The position numbers and the translations under genes were made by a program. A DNA stretch of 64,000 bases from Acidobacteriota bacterium (lineage in GTDB: Bacteria > Acidobacteriota > G020349885): NCBI GenBank assembly GCA_020349885.1, contig CP070701.1, positions 2,284,432-2,348,431 on the forward strand, given 5' to 3'. This document shows positions 1-8,826 of the stretch, one piece after another (the stretch's first letter is position 1; each line of letters opens with the position of its first letter). The notes beneath the pieces are model-generated. The model was not told the DNA's origin. It ran no database searches and saw only the letters and a list, made by a program, of their open reading frames with translations.

Positions 1-109
1 CACGGCGGTTGTCTGGTTCACGCTCCAGTAGAAATCCCTCCCGCCGCCGCGCCTCCTCGGCTTAGAGGGGTACGGAGCACCGTATCCTTCATCATAGTAT
101 CATGTCCCC

Positions 110-1003
110 GTGGAACCGCGCGTCGTCCGCTTCCTCGAGCACCTGCGCGTCGAGCGGGGGCTTTCCGAAAACACGGTGAGCGCCTACCGGCGCGATGTGG
201 AGAAATTTTTGGAATGTCTCGCGCGCCGCGAGACGGAGTTTCCCAAAGATGTAAAGGCCGAGGACGTCGAGGCGTTCCTCCGGGCGGAGCACGACCGCCT
301 CTCGCCGCGCACGCAGGCCCGGCGCCTGAGCGCGCTGCGCACGCTCTGGAAATTCCTCCTTCTCGAAAAGGAAGTTTCTTCCGATCCCCTGGCGGAGATC
401 GAGTCGCCGCGAAGCTGGAGCGCGCTTCCACGCACGCTCTCGCTCGACGAAGTCGAGAAATTGATCGACGCGCCCGACCCGGCGACGCCCCTCGGCCTGC
501 GCGACCGCGCGATGATCGAGTTCCTCTACGCAACTGGCGTTCGCGCCTCGGAGCTCGTGGGCCTTCGGCTCGACCAGGTGGACTGGCGAGCGGGAGTCGC
601 ACGCGTCGTGGGAAAGCGCGCGAAGGAGCGCATGGTGCCCACTGGCGAGACGGCGCTTGGGAGGCTGAGAGATTACGTCGAGCACGCGCGCCCCGCGCTA
701 CTCAAAAAGGGGCGCGAGGGCGAGCCGGCCCTTTTTCTCTCCAATCGCGGCGCGGCCATAACGCGCGTCCAGTTCTGGCACCGCCTGAAGCTCCATGCGC
801 GGGAGGCGGGAATTGCGAAGGAGAAAATTTCGCCGCACGTGCTGCGCCATTCGTTCGCGACGCATCTTCTGGAGCGCGACGCCGACCTGCGCTCGATCCA
901 GATGATGCTCGGGCACGCCAACCTCACGACGACCCAAATCTACACCCATGTGGCGCGCGAGCGCCTGCGCCGCGTGTACGAAGCGCACCATCCGCGCGCG
1001 TGA
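110..1003 (+). CDS. xerD: Tyrosine site-specific recombinase XerD
   Basis: Full-length phage-integrase fold. C-terminal catalytic motifs [36 protein letters not shown] and the terminal ...HHPRA match XerD closely. N-terminal SAM-like domain ([16 protein letters not shown]). Confidence 0.85.
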   Translation: MEPRVVRFLEHLRVERGLSENTVSAYRRDVEKFLECLARRETEFPKDVKAEDVEAFLRAEHDRLSPRTQARRLSALRTLWKFLLLEKEVSSDPLAEIESPRSWSALPRTLSLDEVEKLIDAPDPATPLGLRDRAMIEFLYATGVRASELVGLRLDQVDWRAGVARVVGKRAKERMVPTGETALGRLRDYVEHARPALLKKGREGEPALFLSNRGAAITRVQFWHRLKLHAREAGIAKEKISPHVLRHSFATHLLERDADLRSIQMMLGHANLTTTQIYTHVARERLRRVYEAHHPRA

Positions 1004-1010
1004 ACCGCGT

Positions 1011-1079
1011 GCGGAAGGTGCAGAAGGTGCGTGACGGTGTCTGCATCTTCCGCACCTTCCGAACCCTCCGCACCTTCCG
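1011..1079. repeat. Cluster of 9-mer repeats (GGAAGGTGC, two copies) facing three inverted copies (CGCACCTTCC) just downstream of xerD
   Basis: Read directly: gcggaaggtgcagaaggtgcg ... cgcaccttccgaaccctccgcaccttccg. Can fold as a long imperfect hairpin, or act as iterated protein-binding sites. Confidence 0.5.
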
Positions 1080-1100
1080 TTACCTCAGGCAGAAGGCATA

Positions 1101-1129
1101 TTGCTTTTGCCGCACACGGAGGCTATACT
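1101..1129 (+). promoter_or_regulatory. Sigma70-like promoter: TTGCTT, 17-nt spacer, TATACT
   Basis: -35 TTGCTT (1101-1106) and -10 TATACT (1124-1129) with exactly 17 nt between them. The ATG of the next gene lies about 38 nt downstream. The ORF-track start at 1101 is therefore probably spurious. Confidence 0.45.
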
Positions 1130-1166
1130 GGGTTGTTTACCGGACAATTTTGAGGCCGAACGAGAG

Positions 1167-1691
1167 ATGGAAGAGCACGGCGAAGGATTCTCCCATGACG
1201 CGGGCATCAAGGTGGTGGACCGCCGCAAGTTTAACAGCGACGGCTCCTTCCGCCGGAATGACGGTGCCAAAGCGCCCGGCGGGGAAGCCGAAGCGGAGCG
1301 CCCGTCCTCCGAGGCCTCGCAGCCCGAGCCGTCGAAAAAGGACTCGGCGCCGGAATCCTCTCCCGAAGAACAGGCAGTGGACTCGACGTCGGAACCCTCC
1401 TCCAAAGAACAGGCGGCGGATTCGGTGCGCCCCACGCCCCTTCTCTCGCTCATCCTCTCGCTTGCCACGTCCGCCCAGATCGCCCTGGGCGACGTTGAGA
1501 GTCCTTCCGGAGGCGACCGCTACGTGAACATCGAGGAGGCGCACGGCTACATTGACATGCTCGAAGACCTGCAGCGGAAAACCGAAGGCCGCCTGACGCC
1601 GGACGAGGACCGCATTCTGCGCTCGGTCCTCTACGAGCTCCACATGCGTTACGTCGCGCGCCAGCAGGAAATCCTCGCGCCGCGCACGTGA
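1167..1691 (+). CDS. Small acidic hypothetical protein, DUF1844-like
   Basis: ATG at 1167 downstream of the predicted promoter. N-terminal basic segment (HDAGIKVVDRRKF), a Ser/Glu/Pro-rich low-complexity middle, and a conserved C-terminal block (LSLILSLATSAQIALGDV...TEGRLTPDEDRILRSVLYELHMRYV) that resembles DUF1844 family members as I recall them. Confidence 0.4.
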   Translation: MEEHGEGFSHDAGIKVVDRRKFNSDGSFRRNDGAKAPGGEAEAERPSSEASQPEPSKKDSAPESSPEEQAVDSTSEPSSKEQAADSVRPTPLLSLILSLATSAQIALGDVESPSGGDRYVNIEEAHGYIDMLEDLQRKTEGRLTPDEDRILRSVLYELHMRYVARQQEILAPRT

Positions 1692-3661
1692 GCAGGCATC
1701 CCGTTCCACGCAAGGTTCTCTCGCACCGCCTACGCTTCGCAACGGTTGTCGTAGGCGCGGCGCTGCTGCTCGCGGAGCCGGCGGGCGCGCAGGTCGTGAT
1801 CGAGCTTGATCCCGAGCAGCTGCGCGAACAGGCGCTCGTCATGCAGGTCGGCGGGCGCAAGGAAGAGGTCACGCAGGCGCGCAATGAAATCGTGAGCCTC
1901 TGGTTCCAGCATCGCCTTCACCTTCAGGAGAAACGCATGGAGGGCGCCGAACAGGCGCTCAAGGACATCAAGGAATTGAGCCACACCGCCATGGTGGACG
2001 AATCGCCCCTGCTTGCGCAGGCCCTTCTATACGAAGGCTATATGTTATACGAGATCGGCAACGCGGAGGCGGCGCTCCATGCCTTCGACCGGGCGCTCGA
2101 TTTCAACCCGGCGCTCTACATGGCCCACCTGGGCAAAGCGCACGTCTATTTTCGGCAGAGTCCTTACAACCTGTTCGCCTATACGTTGGAGGTGCTGCGC
2201 GCCTTGGGCGGCCGCTTGCAAAACTTCTGGAGCGCGTATTACCTGGCAAGCAACGTGCTTATCGTCCTCTACGTGGCCGCGGGAATTTGGGCGCTCGCAA
2301 CCATGGCCGTGGGCGTGTTGCGCAACATGCGGCTCGTCTATCACGAAACGAAAGAAAAATGCCGCCGCATCCTTCCCCCGGGGGCTTCCGTGCTCCTTGC
2401 AGGCGGCATTGTTTTCCTGCCGGCCTTTCTGTGGCTCGGGCCGCTGTGGCTTGCTCTCTTTTGGGCGGTGCTCTTCTGGCGGTATTTTAACGTGGTCGAG
2501 CGGATCGCAACGGGGGCTCTCCTTGTGGTGCTGGGGTGCTTCGTGCCGGCCCTTGGCGTTGTCAAGCACCTCACCCTGACGGCCACCGATCCCTACGTGC
2601 ATTCCTCCATCTCGGCCATCACCGGCAATTTCGACGCGTCGCGCATTAAATTCCTCCGAGAGCTCATGGAACAGGATCCCGACAGTCCATGGCTCGCGTT
2701 TACGCTCGGCATGCTATACAAAAACGGCGGCTTCTCGGACGAGGCCAAGCGCCACTTCGAGCACGCCATTGAGCTTGAGCCGGATTTTGTTCAAGCCCGC
2801 ATCAATCTGGGGAACGTGCGCTTCCAGGCACAGGAGCCCGGGGAAGCCATCCACCACTACAAAGTGGCCAACGAGATTATGCCGACCGCGCTCGCCTACT
2901 ACAACATGCACCAGGTCTACAACAGCATGTTTAAATTCACCGAAGCCGTGGACGCCCTCGACCAGGCCACGCTTCTCGACAGCGGAGAAGTCGCCGTCTA
3001 CGCGCAGTACAAGGGCACAAGCCCCCAGGAGCTGGTGGTGGACGCCTATCCAAAGTCCCGCGATTTATTTTCTCAGTTCCTGAGGGTCCGCCGCCCTGCC
3101 GGCAACGGACAGCAGACCGCGTCGGCGGCCTTCACGGGGACCGCCTTTCTGAATCTCTTTATGTTGCTCGCGCTCGTAACCGCCGCGGCGATTGCGCTTT
3201 ACGCCATGTTCAACCGCCTGAACCCCGAGGCGCGCTCCTGCATCAAATGCGGACGACCCTACTGCGACCGGTGCCGCGTAGGGCTTGAGTCGGAGACGTA
3301 CTGTTCGCAGTGCGCGCATCTTTTTATCAAGAAGGAAGGGGTTTCGCCCACCATCCGCAGCCGCAAGATGTACGAAGCGGAGCGTTATCAGCGCCGGCAG
3401 CGCATGCTGCGATTTGCGCTCAACCTGTTGATTCCAGGAGGCGGCGCCCTGTATGTCGGCGCGTTTGGCAGAGGCGTGACGCTGCTTGTGTTTTGGAGCG
3501 TAGGAGCGGCCATGATCGCGGCCCGGCCGTGGTTTCTGAGCGATCCGATGGCGCTTGTTGCGGCGCTTCAGGTTCCTACGCTTTATGTGGGCGCAGCCGT
3601 GATGGCCCTGCCGTGGCTTGTGGCGAACCCGTGGAGCTGGCTAGCGGGGAGCGAGGAGTAG
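1688..3661 (+). CDS. Hypothetical membrane protein with N-terminal signal peptide, TPR-like repeats, several TM helices and a C4 zinc-ribbon (CIKCGRPYCDRCRV...CSQC)
   Basis: GTG start overlapping the upstream stop (GTGA). N-terminus is signal-peptide-like (ALLLAEPAGAQV). Repeated TPR-like helices (ALHAFDRALDFNPALYMAHLGKAHVYF; HFEHAIELEPDFVQARINLGNV). Hydrophobic segments and a Cys4 cluster. Confidence 0.55.
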   Translation: MSRHPVPRKVLSHRLRFATVVVGAALLLAEPAGAQVVIELDPEQLREQALVMQVGGRKEEVTQARNEIVSLWFQHRLHLQEKRMEGAEQALKDIKELSHTAMVDESPLLAQALLYEGYMLYEIGNAEAALHAFDRALDFNPALYMAHLGKAHVYFRQSPYNLFAYTLEVLRALGGRLQNFWSAYYLASNVLIVLYVAAGIWALATMAVGVLRNMRLVYHETKEKCRRILPPGASVLLAGGIVFLPAFLWLGPLWLALFWAVLFWRYFNVVERIATGALLVVLGCFVPALGVVKHLTLTATDPYVHSSISAITGNFDASRIKFLRELMEQDPDSPWLAFTLGMLYKNGGFSDEAKRHFEHAIELEPDFVQARINLGNVRFQAQEPGEAIHHYKVANEIMPTALAYYNMHQVYNSMFKFTEAVDALDQATLLDSGEVAVYAQYKGTSPQELVVDAYPKSRDLFSQFLRVRRPAGNGQQTASAAFTGTAFLNLFMLLALVTAAAIALYAMFNRLNPEARSCIKCGRPYCDRCRVGLESETYCSQCAHLFIKKEGVSPTIRSRKMYEAERYQRRQRMLRFALNLLIPGGGALYVGAFGRGVTLLVFWSVGAAMIAARPWFLSDPMALVAALQVPTLYVGAAVMALPWLVANPWSWLAGSEE

Positions 3662-3665
3662 AACG

Positions 3666-5105
3666 ATGGCGCTCGAAGGCAATTTAAGGGATTTCGGGCT
3701 GGACGCCATCTTTCAGCTTATCGCCAACAACCGCAACACGGGTGTTCTGACCCTCGAGAGCGCCCAGGACGAGAGAATTAAAATTTCATTCATTCAAGGC
3801 CAGGTCGTTTGGGCCGACACCCAGCCCAAGAAGGTCGAGGATCGGCTGGGCTACGTGCTTGTGCGCTCCGGCGCCCTCACGGAAGCGCGCCTCCGGGAGG
3901 CGCTTGAGCTCCAGAAGCAAACGCTCCAGCGCCTGGGCGCCGTGCTCATCGAGCACCAGTTCGTGAATCAGAAGGCGCTCCGGGAGGCGCTGCGGACGCA
4001 GGTCCTGCAAATCATTTACCGTCTCTTCCGCTGGAGCGAGGGCGAGTTCAAGTTCCTGCAGGAGGAGGAAATCGACTACGACCGCGAAAACTTCGATCCC
4101 ATCCGTTCCGACCACATTCTGATGGAAGGGATGCGAATGCTCGATGAGTGGCCGCAGATTGAGAAAAAGATTCCCAATTTCAAAAAAGTGTTTCGGAAAG
4201 CGGCCGACGACGACGCGCTGCTCGAAGGCGGGGAGGCGGCCCCGCCGATGACGCCCGCGGGCGGCTTCGACTTTTCCGAATCTGCCGAGGGAGCTTCGGG
4301 CGCCGGGAACCTGCCCCGTGAGGAGGCGTTGGTTCTGGCACGCGTCGACGGCGTAAACTCGGTGCGGGACATCATCGACCGTGTGCCGCTTACGGAGTTC
4401 GAGGTCTGCCACGTGCTCTATGCTCTCCTCGAGCGCGGCGTCATTGAGGAAAAACTCGACCAGCTTGCCCCCGGCGTTGGATTGAAGCGGAAGAAGGGAG
4501 GCGATGAAGAAAGTCCCGTTCTGGTGCGCATCGCCGCGGCCATGGGCGTTCTGATCGTTGCGGCCTCCCTGGCCACCTCGTGGCTCAACCCGCTCAATAC
4601 GTTCTACTTCGCGCAGCGCTACCGCAGCCTTTTTAATGAAGCAAACTACGGCGTAAGCCGGAACCGGCTGGAAAAGATTGACTGGGCCCTCAAGGCTTTC
4701 TACCTGAACTACCAGCGGTATCCGGACGAGCTTGAGTCGCTCTACGAACGCGACTTCGTCGGAGCCTCCGACCTCACGGACCCTTGGGGCCGCCCTTACG
4801 AATACACGCTCACGGAGGCGGCCTATCTCGTCCTCGGTCGGAACGAAGCCAGCGAGCTCGACTCTTCGCTTCGGGTCTACTATGAATTCGGAGCGCCTGT
4901 GGAGCCCGTGGAAGAAGGGGAACAGCCCGTGGAAGAAGGGGAACAGCCCGTGGAAGAATGGGAACAGCCAGTGGAAGAAGGGGAACAGCCAGTGGAAGAA
5001 GAGGAGCAGCCAGTGGAAGAAGAGGAACAGCCCGTGGAAGAAGAGGAGCAGCCCGAGGGGGAGGCCCCCCAGGTTATTGTTCTGCCCACTGCGAAAGCTT
5101 CTTAG
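3666..5105 (+). CDS. DUF4388-domain protein with one TM helix, a periplasmic GspG-like (type II secretion pseudopilin globular) domain and a C-terminal PVEEGEQP tandem repeat
   Basis: N-terminus MALEGNLRDFGLDAIFQLIANNRNTGVLTLE is a typical DUF4388 start. Hydrophobic helix LVRIAAAMGVLIVAASLATSWL. Then YGVSRNRLEKIDWALKAFYLNYQRYPDELESL...LTDPWGRPYEYTL, matching the T2SS GspG C-terminal signature (DPWGNPY.Y). Ends in 8 copies of PVEEGEQP. Confidence 0.6.
   Translation: MALEGNLRDFGLDAIFQLIANNRNTGVLTLESAQDERIKISFIQGQVVWADTQPKKVEDRLGYVLVRSGALTEARLREALELQKQTLQRLGAVLIEHQFVNQKALREALRTQVLQIIYRLFRWSEGEFKFLQEEEIDYDRENFDPIRSDHILMEGMRMLDEWPQIEKKIPNFKKVFRKAADDDALLEGGEAAPPMTPAGGFDFSESAEGASGAGNLPREEALVLARVDGVNSVRDIIDRVPLTEFEVCHVLYALLERGVIEEKLDQLAPGVGLKRKKGGDEESPVLVRIAAAMGVLIVAASLATSWLNPLNTFYFAQRYRSLFNEANYGVSRNRLEKIDWALKAFYLNYQRYPDELESLYERDFVGASDLTDPWGRPYEYTLTEAAYLVLGRNEASELDSSLRVYYEFGAPVEPVEEGEQPVEEGEQPVEEWEQPVEEGEQPVEEEEQPVEEEEQPVEEEEQPEGEAPQVIVLPTAKAS
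4903..5056. repeat. Perfect or near-perfect 24-nt tandem repeat, about 8 copies (cccgtggaagaaggggaacagc), inside the CDS
   Basis: Read directly. Units differ at 1-3 positions (gggg/gagg, ccc/cca). Encodes (PVEEGEQ)n. Confidence 0.9.
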
Positions 5106-5124
5106 AGGAACTCCGAACCTGCCC

Positions 5125-5562
5125 ATGTACAACGAACGCTTTGTGGTTTCCACGCGCGGCTTTGCGGACATCCTGGACCTCACGGAGAAGGTGCAGCGCG
5201 TCGTGGCCGCGTCGAACGCATCGAGCGGCCTGGTCAACGTGTTCGTGCCGGGCTCGACGGCCGGCGTGACGACCGTTGAATACGAGTCGGGGGCGCTCGA
5301 GGATCTGAAGCGCGCGTTCGAGCGCGTCGCTCCCCAGAACGACGACTACGAACACAACAACCGCTGGGGGGACGGCAACGGCTTTTCCCACGTGCGCGCC
5401 GCGATGCTCGGCCCTTCGCTCACCGTGCCATTTGAGCAGAGGAAACTCCTCCACGGCACGTGGCAGCAGATTGTGCTCGTGGATTTCGACAACCGCCCCC
5501 GCAAGAGGGATGTGGTCGTGAGCGTGCTGGGCACCGCCTCCAAAGGCGGCCCGACGTCGTGA
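5125..5562 (+). CDS. YjbQ/UPF0047 family protein (secondary thiamin-phosphate synthase-like)
   Basis: ATG at 5125. The whole length aligns to the YjbQ family (FVVSTRGFADILDLTEKV...GLVNVFVPGSTAGVTT.EYESGALEDL...DNRWGDGNG.SHVRAAMLGPSLTVP...GTWQQIVLVDFDNRPRKRDVVV). Confidence 0.8.
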   Translation: MYNERFVVSTRGFADILDLTEKVQRVVAASNASSGLVNVFVPGSTAGVTTVEYESGALEDLKRAFERVAPQNDDYEHNNRWGDGNGFSHVRAAMLGPSLTVPFEQRKLLHGTWQQIVLVDFDNRPRKRDVVVSVLGTASKGGPTS

Positions 5563-6407
5563 AGAAGGCGAAACGCCCCCGTCGCCCGACCAGGCCGACC
5601 AGCAGGCCCGGAGCGGGCGGCCTGCGCATCCTTCTCTCGAACGACGACGGGATCCATGCGATAGGGCTCCGGGCGCTCACGAGCGAGATGGTGCGCCTGG
5701 GCGAGGTGTGGACGGTGGCGCCGGAGCGCGAGATGAGCGCCACGGGCCACGCCATAACCATTGAGGACCCGCTTCGAGTTCGCGGGGAGCAGCTTCATCC
5801 CAGAGCGCGCGCCTATTCCGTGACTGGCACTCCGGCCGACTGCGTCAAGCTGGCCGTGCGCGCCCTCATGAAGGGCGCGCATCCCCATGTCGTCGTCTCG
5901 GGCGTCAACCGCGGCGCGAACATCGCCCGCAACCTCATCTATTCGGGCACGGTTTCCGCCGCGACCGAAGGCGCGATTCTGGGCATTCCTTCGATCGCCG
6001 TCTCGCTCGCGGGCGCCGAGCTGCGTCCAAGCGACGCGGCCGATTTCCGCTTTGCGGCGCGCTTCACGCGTCGCCTGGTCCGGTTCGTCCTCCGGGAGGG
6101 CCTCGCACCCGGCACGCTCCTCAACGTCAACGTCCCCCGGCCCCCCGTGCGCGGCGTGCGCGTCACGCGGCAGGCCGAGTCGGTCTTCATCGAGAAATTC
6201 GACAAGCGGCGCGACCCGCACGGCGCCGTCTACTACTGGCAGGCGGGCGAAATGCAGCACCCGAACAAGGACGGCACCGCCGATGACCATGTCGTCCGCG
6301 AGGGCTACATATCCATCACGCCCATCCACCACGACTTGACACACTACCAGAGCCTGGCGCGCATGGCCCGCTGGGACACGGCGCTCGAAAAAGGTTTGAA
6401 ACGCTGA
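5559..6407 (+). CDS. surE: 5'/3'-nucleotidase SurE
   Basis: LRILLSNDDGIHAIGLRAL...WTVAPEREMSATGHAITI...GTPADCV.LA...VVSGVNRGANIARNLIYSGTVSAATEGAILGIPSIAVSL. Start is probably the GTG at 5559 overlapping the yjbQ stop (GTGA); the ATG at 5460 would overlap yjbQ by 100 nt. Confidence 0.8.
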   Translation: MKKAKRPRRPTRPTSRPGAGGLRILLSNDDGIHAIGLRALTSEMVRLGEVWTVAPEREMSATGHAITIEDPLRVRGEQLHPRARAYSVTGTPADCVKLAVRALMKGAHPHVVVSGVNRGANIARNLIYSGTVSAATEGAILGIPSIAVSLAGAELRPSDAADFRFAARFTRRLVRFVLREGLAPGTLLNVNVPRPPVRGVRVTRQAESVFIEKFDKRRDPHGAVYYWQAGEMQHPNKDGTADDHVVREGYISITPIHHDLTHYQSLARMARWDTALEKGLKR

Positions 6408-6444
6408 TGCTCCCCGGCAAAGCAAGGGCGCTTGGGAGAAGGGC

Positions 6445-7605
6445 ATGCCAACGAACGGCTCGTTTCTGAAGCCACGCCGCAAGACCCGCCGCCTCACCGT
6501 GGGAAACGTCGCGGTGGGGGGCGGCGCGCCAGTCTCGGTGCAGACGATGACCAAGACCGAGACGCACAACGCGCGCGCGACGCTGCGGCAGATCGAGGAA
6601 GTCGCCGCGGTCGGCTGCGACATCGTGCGCTGCGCCGCGCCCCGCTCCGGGGACGCCGAGGCCCTCAGGGAAATTGTTCTGCACTCCCCCATCCCCGTCG
6701 TGGCCGACATCCACTACGACTACCGCCTGGCGCTCACGGCCCTCGAGGCGGGCGTCGCCTGCCTGCGGCTCAATCCCGGAAACATCGGCATGCCCACGTC
6801 GGACAACATCGAAATGCCGGGGGACGAGAAGGTGCGCGTCGTCGTGCACGAGGCCAAGTCGCGCGGCGTGCCCATCCGGATCGGCGTGAACGCCGGCTCG
6901 CTGGAGCCCGAGCTTTTGATGAAGCACGGCCATCCGACGCCCGAGGCCATGGTCGAGAGCGCCCTCCACCACATACGCATTCTGGAAGACCTCGGCTTCT
7001 TCGACATCAAGGTTTCCGTCAAGGCGACCGACATCGCCCGCACCGTGGCGGCCTACCGGCTGCTCGCCGACAAGGTGGACTATCCGTTCCACCTGGGCAT
7101 AACCGAAGCGGGAACGCTGGGCACGGGCTCGGTGAAGTCGGCCGCCGGCCTGGGCATTCTCCTCGCGGAGGGGCTGGGCGACACCATCCGCGTCTCCCTC
7201 GCCGGCTCGCCCGTGGACGAGGTGCGCGTCGGGCAGGACATTCTCGAGTCGCTCGGGCTGCGAAACCAGCGCCCGAACATCGTCGCATGCCCCACCTGCG
7301 GCCGCCTTCAGGTGCCCGACATGATCGAGATGGCGCAGGAGATCGAGCGCCGCGTCACCCACATCAAGGTGCCGCTCAACCTGGCCGTCATGGGCTGCGA
7401 GGTGAACGGCCCCGGCGAGAGCAAGGCGGCCGACCTGGGCATCTCGCTCGGAAGGGATTACGGCTACCTTTTCAAGCACGGCGAGAAACTGCGCCGCGTC
7501 GAGGCCGACAAGGTGGTGGAAGAATTCGTCCGGGAGGCCGAGGCCCTCGCGCGCGAGGTGGAGGAGAGCCGGCGGGACGAGAAGGCGGCCGGAGGCCAGA
7601 AATAA
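6445..7605 (+). CDS. ispG: 4-hydroxy-3-methylbut-2-en-1-yl diphosphate synthase IspG (GcpE)
   Basis: Full-length match. N-terminus RRKTRRLTVGNVAVGGGAPVSVQTMTKT, C-terminal Cys cluster CPTCGR...MGCEVNGPGE. A poly-Arg alternate-frame ORF (6432-7616) is an artefact. Confidence 0.9.
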   Translation: MPTNGSFLKPRRKTRRLTVGNVAVGGGAPVSVQTMTKTETHNARATLRQIEEVAAVGCDIVRCAAPRSGDAEALREIVLHSPIPVVADIHYDYRLALTALEAGVACLRLNPGNIGMPTSDNIEMPGDEKVRVVVHEAKSRGVPIRIGVNAGSLEPELLMKHGHPTPEAMVESALHHIRILEDLGFFDIKVSVKATDIARTVAAYRLLADKVDYPFHLGITEAGTLGTGSVKSAAGLGILLAEGLGDTIRVSLAGSPVDEVRVGQDILESLGLRNQRPNIVACPTCGRLQVPDMIEMAQEIERRVTHIKVPLNLAVMGCEVNGPGESKAADLGISLGRDYGYLFKHGEKLRRVEADKVVEEFVREAEALAREVEESRRDEKAAGGQK

Positions 7606-7610
7606 GAAGG

Positions 7611-7690
7611 GGTTAGGGATCAGCCGTCAGTGGTTAGCAAAAGGAATTCTTGCTAATCCCTAAACCCTAGCCCCTAATCCCTGGCTGCTG
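7611..7690. repeat. Long imperfect palindrome between convergent ispG and folD; contains the 24-mer AGGGATCAGCCGTCAGTGGTTAGC and an inner hairpin ttagcaa-aaggaattct-tgctaa
   Basis: Read directly: ggttagggat...taatccctaa arms. The 24-mer at 7615-7638 recurs with 23/24 identity at 12074-12097. Probable bidirectional terminator or REP-like element. Confidence 0.6.
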
Positions 7691-7701
7691 GCCCCTGATT
7701 C

Positions 7702-8658
7702 CTAACGACGGGCCGCGGCCGCCTGCCCCGGGCCGCGGCGCATCTTCGCCAGGGTCAGCGTGTTGCGCACAAGCATCGCCACGGTGAGCGGCCCCACGCC
7801 ACCAGGAACGGGCGTGATGGAGCGCGCCTTGGCCTTTCCCTCACGGGGGTGAACGTCGCCCACTAGGACGTAGCCCTTCTCGTCGAATCTCTTCAATCGC
7901 TCCCGCGACTCCTTTCCCTGCTTGCCGAACAATTTCAAGACCTCCTTGCGCGAGTCGACGCGGTTGACGCCCACGTCCACCACGACCGCGCCCTTGCGGA
8001 TGTGCTTACCGCGGATGAAGGCCGGCTTCCCCATGGCGCCCACCAAAATGTCGGCGCGCTGGGTCTGCTTGGGCAGGTCCTTGGTTTTGGAGTGGCAGAC
8101 GGTGACGGTGGCGTGTTCATGAAGAAGAAGCAAGGCAAGCGGCTTCCCCACGATGTCGCTTCGACCCACGATGACGGCGCGGGCGCCCGCGATGCGGACG
8201 CGATAGCGCTTGAGAAGCTCCACTATGCCCGCCGGCGTGCAGGGCGCGACGCCCGCGGAATTGATGCACGTGCGCCCGACGTTGACTGGATGAAATCCGT
8301 CCACGTCCTTTGCGGGCTCCACGGCGTTGAGAACGGCCACCTTGTCCACATGCGACGGAAGGGGCAGCTGCACCAGGATGGCGTCCACCACGGGGTCGCG
8401 ATTGAGGTTCTGGACGACCTCAAGGAGCGTCTCCGTCGTGATGTCGCTGGCAAGCTGGACGGTCTCGCTTGCAATTCCCACAGCCTCGCAGGCGCGGCGC
8501 TTCGCCCCAACGTAAGTCCGCGAGGCGGGATTGTCGCCCACGAGGATGGCCACGAGCTTGGGCACGATGCCATGCTGCTCACTGAGGGTCCCCACCTCGA
8601 CGCGCGTTTCTTCCCGAAGTGCCTCCGCGACCTTGGCGCCATAAAGCAATTTTCCCAT
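7702..8658 (-). CDS. folD: Bifunctional methylenetetrahydrofolate dehydrogenase/cyclohydrolase FolD
   Basis: VPKLVAILVGDNPASRTYV..K.KACEAVGI..., GFHP.N.G, VIVGRSDIVGKPLALLL...ATVTVCHSKT. Good SD (AAGGAG) 9 nt upstream. Carries a roughly 25-aa insertion (RVDSRKEVLKLFGKQGKESRERLKRFDEKGY) before the conserved GDV motif. Confidence 0.88.
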   Translation of the reverse strand: MGKLLYGAKVAEALREETRVEVGTLSEQHGIVPKLVAILVGDNPASRTYVGAKRRACEAVGIASETVQLASDITTETLLEVVQNLNRDPVVDAILVQLPLPSHVDKVAVLNAVEPAKDVDGFHPVNVGRTCINSAGVAPCTPAGIVELLKRYRVRIAGARAVIVGRSDIVGKPLALLLLHEHATVTVCHSKTKDLPKQTQRADILVGAMGKPAFIRGKHIRKGAVVVDVGVNRVDSRKEVLKLFGKQGKESRERLKRFDEKGYVLVGDVHPREGKAKARSITPVPGGVGPLTVAMLVRNTLTLAKMRRGPGQAAAARR

Positions 8659-8826
8659 AGTAGTGCTCCTTTATGCGTATTCCGTGCTCACCCGCCTCGC
8701 CAGCCAGTTCCTAGGGGGCCTTTCAGTCAAATCGGCCGGGAAATGGCACGAGCAAGTTGCGTACAGTGTGTTGTGCATTCGACCGCATGCAATATACACC
8801 ACACGCCATACGAAGTAAACCTCTTA

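Noticed and set aside
214-1527. 437-aa plus-strand ORF overlapping xerD in another frame
   Set aside because: Extremely Arg/Pro/Ala-rich, the typical translation of an off-frame in high-GC DNA. xerD in frame 2 has full family similarity.
5460-5558. Upstream ATG start for surE (MAADCARGF...)
   Set aside because: Would overlap yjbQ by about 100 nt and adds a non-conserved Arg/Pro-rich extension. The GTG at 5559 overlapping the yjbQ stop fits SurE N-termini (…RILLSNDDG) better.
6432-7616. 394-aa alternate-frame ORF within ispG
   Set aside because: Poly-Arg/Gly composition; ispG frame is unambiguous.
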